Source: Opitutia bacterium KCR 482 (GTDB lineage: Bacteria; Verrucomicrobiota; Verrucomicrobiia; Opitutales; Intestinicryptomonadaceae). Taken from it: 32,000 bases of DNA. Within the stretch, counting starts at the first letter, position 1. Every line of letters starts with the position of its first letter. Below the pieces are notes generated by a model. The model made no database searches, was not told the DNA's origin, and worked only from the letters and a program-made list of their open reading frames with translations. Where the stretch lies: the NCBI GenBank assembly GCA_029269845.2, contig CP149973.1, positions 1,860,001-1,892,000 of the forward strand, given 5' to 3'. Positions 25,941 through 32,000 of this stretch are shown piece after piece. The position numbers and the translations under genes were made by a program.

Positions 25941-27967
25941 GTCATTGCTTCTTTAATATAATTAGGTATGTTGAATATCTTACGTTCTTTCTCCTGTTTT
26001 TCCAAGTTTTCTTTCAATACAATTGACAAATCCAATGCGTTTTCTCCTTTCCCGACAGAGTTAAGATAACGTGATGCCAATAATGCTTTCTTTTTATCGG
26101 AATCAGCCCAAGTGCAACATTTCAAAGATTCTTTGATTCGTTCGTTTTCTTTTGATTCTCGTAAAAAATCCATACATGCTGGATAGTCTTCTTTTTGAAT
26201 TTTTTTTAATTCGCTTATATTTGATAATCCTTCAACAAACAATAAATCTGATGTAGAGTTGAACAACATCAAATCGTATTCCAACGTCTTTCCTTTGTCT
26301 ACATCCTGACTATATACCCTGATATTGGGATGATTACGATATTTATCAATCAATTCACTTGAATGTTCTTTGTACTCATAACCATCTTTTCCTTTTTCAA
26401 AGGGGTAGCAGCATTCAAAGGGTTCATTATTTTTTGCTCTCCATGCAGGATCTCTGTCTGTAAGACATACAACTTTTTTTGATATAGCCAAAGGATTACG
26501 GATTGTATCAAATAGTTTCAAGAAATGCGAGAAATAGCGACCGCCGCAGCTTATTATTGCAACATGACTGTCCTCAATATTTTTCCCCATATAATTCACA
26601 AAGACTGGAATTAACAACTCTTCTGCTTTCCCTTCGACAAGGCATACTCTATCTGCAAATAACATATCTGATTTTATCGCATCCATAAATCTCTGGACAT
26701 ATTGTTTTGAGATTTTATCATTGTAATTGCTTTCGAATAATTTACCCGGATAAGCAATAGAAACTTGCTTGGTTATGTCATTATAAAGACAAATCAATTC
26801 ATCCAATGAGACCGCAGACGTTATTTCTGTGGAATGTGTAGTAACAAACAGTTGCCGTACTTTCTTTTCTTTTATTTGTTCATCCTTTAGATATTTTAGA
26901 AATTTGTATTGGAGTGACAAATGCAGGTGTGCTTCTGGTTCTTCGATAGCCAGTACAGAAAATACTTTTGCGTTCTGCCTGTAATATCCTTCATCTGTAT
27001 TGGCTTGCATCTTTGCTAAAAGTAACGACATATAAATAAGATTGTTGTATCCCAATCCATTATGGGTGGCGGCAATATCTATTCCCGTCCTATGTCTTAT
27101 TATCAATTGGAGAACTGCCAAGAAATCGGATTCGGAAAGTGTTCCACTGAAATCAGGTTCCGCGCCCTGAAAATCAGATGCACCAGTTTGTTTTGCGTAA
27201 TCAAGGATTTTATTTTTTCCGTGTGTTAATCGCTCTTTAACTTTATCAAGAGATACTTGAATGTTGTCTGTGAATTCAGAATGTCTATTGCTTATTTCTG
27301 TATTTTGGGTTTCTCTTGATTTTATCTTGTCACACTTTATTTCGTAATCCATAAAGAAGTTTAAGACTTCACGAAGCAGCGGAGACCGTCCGGAAAATAA
27401 ATCTCGTTCGACATCGCGTATTGGACCAAGAAATTCAAAATCTATTTTGTCAACAGTTTCCCCGTCTAATCTTGCTTGATTGGATGGGTTTCCTGCCCAC
27501 ATACGGGCTATATATTTTCGAAGATACTCATCTCTTATAATATCCCAAATATTGGCAGAAGTACTCATTCCCGATACTACATTTTTATATTCTGCTTCAT
27601 CTTCTTGGGGTAAGTAATACTCGTATGTAATTTGAGCTTCGTATGGATGTAACAAGTTGATCAGACAAGGAGCTACCATTACTAAATCTTCAGAATCAGC
27701 ATCTTCTCCTTGGCTTTCCTTAAAATAAACTTCTATGCGAACCTTTGGAGCAGCAGATTTTAAGTCGTCAATACTACAATTTCTACAAAAATCATACAAA
27801 GTGAGTCTTTTGGCGGTATCAGTATTTAGCACCAAGTCTAAGGCACGTAATAAGTTGCTTTTCCCTGCATTATTAGGACCAATGATAACGTTTATTCCAT
27901 CGTGGAACTCTATTACCTTATCTTTGAAATTTCTGTACCCCTTAATATGAATCTTTGATATATACAT
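25922..27967 (-). CDS. gajA: OLD-family ABC-ATPase / Toprim nuclease (GajA-like)
   Basis: 681 aa from the ATG at 27967, which has AGGA 5 nt upstream (the ORF-track GTG is at 28000). Motifs: Walker A GPNNAGKSN, signature-like THNGLGYNNLIYMSLLL, Walker B FSVLAIEEPEAHLH, H-loop LFVTTHS, Toprim Glu CLVEGKAEELLIP and DxD VVCLTDRD. About 170 aa follow the DxD. Confidence 0.85.
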   Translation of the reverse strand: MYISKIHIKGYRNFKDKVIEFHDGINVIIGPNNAGKSNLLRALDLVLNTDTAKRLTLYDFCRNCSIDDLKSAAPKVRIEVYFKESQGEDADSEDLVMVAPCLINLLHPYEAQITYEYYLPQEDEAEYKNVVSGMSTSANIWDIIRDEYLRKYIARMWAGNPSNQARLDGETVDKIDFEFLGPIRDVERDLFSGRSPLLREVLNFFMDYEIKCDKIKSRETQNTEISNRHSEFTDNIQVSLDKVKERLTHGKNKILDYAKQTGASDFQGAEPDFSGTLSESDFLAVLQLIIRHRTGIDIAATHNGLGYNNLIYMSLLLAKMQANTDEGYYRQNAKVFSVLAIEEPEAHLHLSLQYKFLKYLKDEQIKEKKVRQLFVTTHSTEITSAVSLDELICLYNDITKQVSIAYPGKLFESNYNDKISKQYVQRFMDAIKSDMLFADRVCLVEGKAEELLIPVFVNYMGKNIEDSHVAIISCGGRYFSHFLKLFDTIRNPLAISKKVVCLTDRDPAWRAKNNEPFECCYPFEKGKDGYEYKEHSSELIDKYRNHPNIRVYSQDVDKGKTLEYDLMLFNSTSDLLFVEGLSNISELKKIQKEDYPACMDFLRESKENERIKESLKCCTWADSDKKKALLASRYLNSVGKGENALDLSIVLKENLEKQEKERKIFNIPNYIKEAMTWLFQQ

Positions 27968-28290
27968 TTTTATCCTAAGTATTTTTTGTCGTCGATGCAC
28001 AAACCTTATTCTAATTTTCGTATACCTTCACAAACTATAAAGCAATCACAAAATTCATAGAATTCTTTAATATGGCTTACAATGCTTTTGTTGTTTTTGC
28101 GACTTTTTAACTCCTTAGTCCGAGTTTATTCAATTTACAAAGTTTCTCATTTTTTACTTTGTTGCTACAAACTCTCTCTTTAAGCGTTGGATTCCTTTTG
28201 TCCATATTCGTTTTAGCCGTTTTTGTTTTAAACATATCAAATATAATATTTTTAGTTTTTCATCTAATCGCCGAATTTTATAACAGCAAT

Positions 28291-28353
28291 TTGCCAAACT
28301 ATAAAATAAAAACTTGCCAAACACCACAATGCAATGTAGCTTTTTGGCATAAT
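28291..28353 (+). promoter_or_regulatory. candidate promoter/operator region of the ATPase gene
   Basis: The direct repeat TTGCCAAAC occurs at 28291-28299 and 28314-28322. An extended -10-like TGGCATAAT lies at 28345-28353, about 20 nt upstream of the ATG at 28373, with GGAAAGGG as a possible RBS. No good -35 element is seen. Confidence 0.3.
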
Positions 28354-28372
28354 AGAAACGGAAAGGGCTTTT

Positions 28373-29647
28373 ATGAAGAGGTATAGAAATCGAATTGCAG
28401 ACGGGATTCTCGGCAAGAAATTAAGGGCGAAGGGTGCCGTATTGATTGAAGGCGCAAAATGGTGCGGAAAGACAACCACTGCAAGTCAAATTGCAAAAAG
28501 TATACTTTATATGCAGGATCCCGCACGAAGAAGCCAATATCTCGAATTGTCCGAAATCGACCCCGCACGTTTGTTGTCGGGCGAAACTCCGCGCCTGATA
28601 GACGAGTGGCAACTTGCTCCGAAATTGTGGGATGCCATACGTTTCGAAGTCGACAAGCGCGACGAATTCGGACAGTTCATTTTGACGGGTTCCGCCGTTC
28701 CACCCGAAACATCGGAAATATCCCACTCCGGAATCGGAAGAATCACGAAGATGCTTATGCGTCCAATGAGCCTCTATGAATCGGGAGATTCAAGCGGGCA
28801 AGTTTCGCTTTCGGGGTTGTTTGCGGGGAATGAAGATATCTGCGGCGAATCGACAATGAATATAGACAAGCTTTCGTTTTTGATATGTCGCGGAGGTTGG
28901 CCGAAAGCCATTGACGAAGAAGAAGATGTCGCCCTCCAACAGGCAATCGACTACTTCGACGCGATTGTCGATGCCGATATTTCAAGAGTGGACAATGTGG
29001 AGCGCAACAAGGAACGGACAAAAAGAATCCTCCGTTCGTACGCGCGTTCCGTAGGCACGCAGGCAAAAATATCCTCCATAGCTGCGGATATTTCCGCGAA
29101 CGAAGCGGTTTCCATTTCGGATATGACAATAACTTCGTACATAAATGCGTTGAAAAAGATATTTGTTCTGGAGGATTCCTCCTCTTGGAATCCGAACTTG
29201 CGTTCGAAAACGGCGATACGTACATCCGATACCAGATATTTTACCGACCCGTCCGTTTGTACCGCCGCTTTGGAATTGGGGCCGAACGATCTTGTAAACG
29301 ACCTAAATACGATGGGCTTCCTGTTCGAAAATATGTGCATACGCGATTTGCGTATCTACGCGGAGGCGCTTGACGGGAACGTTTACCACTACCGCGACAA
29401 AAGCGGATTGGAATGCGATGCCGTTGTCCATTTAAGGAACGGCGTTTACGGACTGGTAGAAATTAAACTAGGCGGCGATCGCTTGATTTCCGAGGGAGTC
29501 GAAACGTTGAAAAAACTTTCCTCAAACATTGATACGACAAAGATGAAAGCTCCGGCATTTAAAATGGTTCTTATCGGTGTCGGAGAAATGGCCTACAGGC
29601 GAAGCGACGGAATTTACATTGTTCCCTTATCCTGCTTAAAACACTAA
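28373..29647 (+). CDS. COG1373-type AAA ATPase with a DUF4143-like, PD-(D/E)xK-like C-terminal domain
   Basis: 424 aa. Walker A is EGAKWCGKTT and Walker B is PRLIDEWQ. The C-terminal GLECDAVVHL...YGLVEIKLG fits a D...ExK nuclease-fold signature. The overall layout matches the AAA_14 plus DUF4143 family as I remember it. Confidence 0.8.
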   Translation: MKRYRNRIADGILGKKLRAKGAVLIEGAKWCGKTTTASQIAKSILYMQDPARRSQYLELSEIDPARLLSGETPRLIDEWQLAPKLWDAIRFEVDKRDEFGQFILTGSAVPPETSEISHSGIGRITKMLMRPMSLYESGDSSGQVSLSGLFAGNEDICGESTMNIDKLSFLICRGGWPKAIDEEEDVALQQAIDYFDAIVDADISRVDNVERNKERTKRILRSYARSVGTQAKISSIAADISANEAVSISDMTITSYINALKKIFVLEDSSSWNPNLRSKTAIRTSDTRYFTDPSVCTAALELGPNDLVNDLNTMGFLFENMCIRDLRIYAEALDGNVYHYRDKSGLECDAVVHLRNGVYGLVEIKLGGDRLISEGVETLKKLSSNIDTTKMKAPAFKMVLIGVGEMAYRRSDGIYIVPLSCLKH

Positions 29648-29735
29648 GCATGGGGATTTATGCCGATTTTTCAGTAACAGTCGAACTCGCGATTGTTTGC
29701 GGCGAATTGTTGGTTTTCATATGATATTGTAAAAA

Positions 29736-30146
29736 ATGGATACCGTGTCGAAGAAGAAACGCTCGGAAATGATGTTCAAGATCCGTTCGAAGGGAAACAA
29801 AAGTACGGAACTTAGGCTTGTTGCGTTGTTTCGGGAATACGGAATCACCGGATGGCGCCGCAACTCCAAGTTGGTGGGGCATCCTGATTTCGTCTTCCCG
29901 AAATACAGGGTTGCCGTATTCGTGGACGGATGTTTTTGGCACGGATGTCGGATTTGCAACAAAAGCCATTTACCGAAAACCCACAAGACGTTTTGGCGCA
30001 ATAAAATCGAAGCAAATGTAAAGCGCGACAGAAAAGTCACGCGCGAACTCGGAATTTTGGGGTACAAGGTAGTCCGCATACGGGAGTGTTCGCTTAAAAA
30101 ATCGCCCAAAGCCCAAATAGGACGTATATTGAAAAGACTCGGATGA
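29736..30146 (+). CDS. vsr: very short patch repair endonuclease
   Basis: 136 aa. KKKRSEMMFKIRSKGNKSTELRL...GHPDFVFPKYRVAVFVDGCFWHGC...PKTHKTFWRNKIEANVKRDRKVTRELGILGYKVVRIRECSL is colinear with E. coli Vsr (SKNM..I...DT..E..L, PG.PDFV, GCFWH.H.C, FW..KI..N..RD, WEC). Confidence 0.9.
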   Translation: MDTVSKKKRSEMMFKIRSKGNKSTELRLVALFREYGITGWRRNSKLVGHPDFVFPKYRVAVFVDGCFWHGCRICNKSHLPKTHKTFWRNKIEANVKRDRKVTRELGILGYKVVRIRECSLKKSPKAQIGRILKRLG

Positions 30147-30215
30147 AACTCGTACCCGCTCGGGTTACGGCAATATTTCCGTCCGTTTGAATAGCATTTG
30201 AAATCAGGGTATTGG

Positions 30216-30550
30216 CTATTTCGAAATTTCGAGCGTTTTCAGCGTATCAAAAATGCGTCTTGCCACGGCTCTTACAACGGGGACTGCTACGGAATTTCCG
30301 AACTGCTTGTAGGTCTGCGTGTCGGATACGGGAATTATGAAGGTCTCGGGAAATCCCTGAAGTCTGGCGCATTCCCTCGGGGTCAACTTTCTCGGATTTT
30401 TCGATTTGCCCTGATCGACGAGAATTTCGCTTCCGTCCTTATAGTTTTGCAGTATTCCGAAGTCTGTAATTCTCCGAATTGCATAATCTGCCGTGTATAG
30501 TAACGGGAATCGGAGGCAGGGAATTGGAGATATCAATCCCGAGTATGCGT
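30216..30550 (-). pseudogene. dcm: DNA cytosine-5 methyltransferase, C-terminal remnant only (motifs IX-X)
   Basis: [47 protein letters not shown] corresponds to motifs IX and X. No FxGxG, PCQ or ENV motifs are present. Upstream of about 30550 the ORF runs into unrelated AT-rich DNA. Confidence 0.8.
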
Positions 30551-30668
30551 ATTTTAATATTATAGTAGACGATGCTCTTCGTGAAAATCCGACTGAAAGA
30601 GTAAAAATTGCAACAAAATTTAACGAACGATTGAAATGTTTCAAAATATTGGCAATTTTGGTTGATAT

Positions 30669-30721
30669 TGCCGATATTTTGCAAAAGATAGGCAATAAAT
30701 AAAAAAAATGCCGATATTTTG
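30669..30721 (+). promoter_or_regulatory. candidate AbiEi operator (13-bp direct repeat) upstream of abiEi
   Basis: TGCCGATATTTTG occurs at 30669-30681 and 30709-30721, 40 bp start to start. The second copy ends 14 nt before the ATG at 30736. An overlapping inverted repeat, TATTGCC..GGCAATA, is also present. Confidence 0.35.
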
Positions 30722-30735
30722 AATTATTATTTTAG

Positions 30736-31458
30736 ATGACGAAGGAAATCGCATCACAAATTCTTGAATATGCCAAAAACAATAATAATTTTTGTATTGA
30801 TGCCTTGTTGCCTCATCTCAAATGTAAATCCGACATAAGAAAATCGACAATTTCTTGGATTTTATATCGATTAGTTAGAAGTGGAAAGCTTGCTAGGGTT
30901 GCTCGGGGTATTTACACGTTGCAAAACAAACAGATTTTTATTCCTCAAATAAGTGATGTTGTAAAATCTTTGTATGCGAAGATTGAGGTTAGGTTTCCCT
31001 TTAGTAAGTTTTGTTTCTATGATGGGAATTGTATCGCTTCCCTACAACATCACCTTGCCTCAAATCAACTCACATATATTGAAGTAGAGCGCGATTCTAT
31101 TGAGACTGTCTTTAATTTCTTAAAAACAGAGGAGTATAATGTTTTTTTGAAACCAGATAAAGATTTCTTTTATCGATACATCGATATGAATAAAACGGCT
31201 GTTATTGTGAAAACATTGATTTCAGAAGCTCCGATTCAAGAAATTTCAGGAATTGCTACAACTACAATAGAAAAATTATTAGTGGATATTCAAAAGGATT
31301 CAGATTTCTTTTATTTGCAAGGATATGAAACTATGAATATGATAAAGAATGCTTTTAGTTTATATTCTATAAACGTAGATAAAATGCTTCGTTATGCTTC
31401 AAGAAGAGGACTTCGCTTAGAAATGCTTAGCATCTTAAAAGAATTGGATATACAATGA
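30736..31458 (+). CDS. abiEi: AbiEi-like type IV toxin-antitoxin antitoxin / transcriptional regulator
   Basis: 240 aa. The N-terminal winged-helix-like STISWILYRLVRSGKLARVARGIYTL matches the AbiEi signature (..L...G.l.r..rGiY.l). An ATGA overlap links it to the downstream nucleotidyltransferase gene. Confidence 0.65.
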   Translation: MTKEIASQILEYAKNNNNFCIDALLPHLKCKSDIRKSTISWILYRLVRSGKLARVARGIYTLQNKQIFIPQISDVVKSLYAKIEVRFPFSKFCFYDGNCIASLQHHLASNQLTYIEVERDSIETVFNFLKTEEYNVFLKPDKDFFYRYIDMNKTAVIVKTLISEAPIQEISGIATTTIEKLLVDIQKDSDFFYLQGYETMNMIKNAFSLYSINVDKMLRYASRRGLRLEMLSILKELDIQ

Positions 31459-32000
31459 TTCAGAAGAAATGTTTTTCAAAAGAATGGATTGATGAAATTT
31501 CAACCAAATTAGGTTATGGAGACAAGCCCTAATTGAAAAATCAATTCGTGCATTGTCTTTGTTGGAAATGTTGGTAAGTTCGGGTTGTCCTTTTATATTT
31601 AAAGGTGGTACAGCCTTGATGTTAACATTAAATTCAGCAACGCATAGATTGTCTATCGATATTGATATTATTTGCCCACCTGGAACAAATATAGAAGATT
31701 TCTTGAAAAATTCATCTAAATATGGATTTTCGAGATTAGAATTTGTTGAAAGAAAGCAACGAGAAGGCGTTGATATCCCTAAAACACATTCAAAATTCTT
31801 TTACCAACTCGCCTACAATAGTGGAAATAATACTGAAAGCTATATCTTGTTAGATGTTTTATATGAAGATTCGCATTACTCTGAAATAAAAGAAATTCCA
31901 ATTGAAATGCCTTTTCTGCTTTTAGATGGGGCGGCATTGAAGGTTAAAACTCCATCGGCATCAGACATTCTTGGCGATAAATTGACTGCATTTGCCCCCA
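31455..32000 (+). pseudogene. abiEii: AbiEii/AbiGii-family nucleotidyltransferase toxin, frameshifted and 3'-truncated by the window edge
   Basis: The ATG at 31455 reads MIQKKCFSKEWIDEISTKLGYGDKP and then an in-frame TAA at 31530-31532. A different frame (codons phased from 31526) continues ALIEKSIRALSLLEMLVSSGCPFIFKGGTALMLTL...RLSIDIDIIC...DILGDKLTAFAP to the window end. One extra C in the CCC run (31527-31529) would restore a single ORF (..GDKPLIEKSIRAL..). Confidence 0.7.

Larger units (their letters stand above)
23706..32000. other. horizontally acquired low-GC mosaic defense island (right end lies beyond the window)
   Basis: Composition changes abruptly from about 60% GC to AT-rich at about 23705. 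By eye there are three compartments: ~33% GC (23.7-28.4 kb), ~48% GC (28.4-30.55 kb) and ~31% GC (30.55-32 kb). All recognizable genes relate to defense, DNA modification or toxin-antitoxin function. Gene fragments sit at two of the junctions. Confidence 0.75.

Noticed and set aside
28159-28386. 75-aa TTG-initiated hydrophobic ORF (LSLSVGFLLSIFVLAVFVLNISNIIFLVFHLI..) just upstream of the AAA ATPase and overlapping it, considered as a small membrane partner
   Set aside because: It has no ATG and no RBS, and it lies in about 25-30% GC DNA, where Phe/Leu/Ile-rich ORFs arise by chance. It also covers the likely promoter of the ATPase gene. It cannot be supported without conservation or expression data.
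30439-30702. ORFs 30493..30702 (+) and 30439..30684 (-), and the N-terminal ~50 aa of ORF 30216..30695, at the dcm/AbiE junction
   Set aside because: They span the composition break, have no motifs, and are best explained as chance frames created by the junction. PIPCLRF within the 30216..30695 ORF superficially resembles MTase motif IV (PCQ), but it lacks the Gln and the surrounding conserved residues.
1-32000. Checked the whole window for rRNA genes, other tRNAs, transposase or integrase genes, reverse transcriptase (retron/DGR) and cas genes
   Set aside because: None was recognizable in the six-frame translations or by eye. Only one cloverleaf (tRNA-Pro) could be folded. A by-eye scan cannot exclude small or highly divergent elements.

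Overview
This window is a high-GC bacterial chromosomal segment, roughly 60% GC by eye. The PEP-CTERM, LacI and SGNH genes and the long-form PurM suggest a PVC-group organism (Lentisphaerae or Verrucomicrobia-like), but that taxon is only a guess. Bases 1 to about 23,700 are core housekeeping genes: hemD 3' end, a DUF2147 lipoprotein, glgC, tyrS, a MATE exporter, a TolB-like propeller protein, thrH, purM, ychF, a short ccsB-like gene plus ccsA, tRNA-Pro(CGG), hemA, a polyprenyl synthase, purH, a LysM protein, a LacI regulator with a divergently transcribed secreted protein, a frameshifted PEP-CTERM protein and an SGNH hydrolase. Two intergenic loci (2445-3226 and 16522-17186) carry colinear copies of a ~0.7 kb composite repeat. 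Each copy consists of ~122-nt long-hairpin units showing compensatory substitutions, then an intrinsic terminator, then a second module of short GC stem-loops. The repeat supplies the glgC stop codon and the last ~48 codons of the LacI ORF. From about 23.7 kb to the window end the GC content drops sharply. This region is a mosaic defense island that appears to truncate an M14-like gene. It contains (i) an OLD-family ABC-ATPase/Toprim nuclease plus a UvrD-like helicase, Gabija-like but with both proteins longer than canonical, in a ~33% GC block; (ii) a COG1373-type AAA ATPase with a PD-(D/E)xK-like C-terminus; (iii) an intact Vsr beside a convergent 5'-truncated C5-methyltransferase remnant, both at intermediate GC; and (iv) an AT-rich AbiEi/AbiEii module whose toxin gene is interrupted by a 1-nt frameshift. 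I saw no integrase, transposase, CRISPR array or rRNA. All homology statements come from motif recognition by eye, not from database searches.
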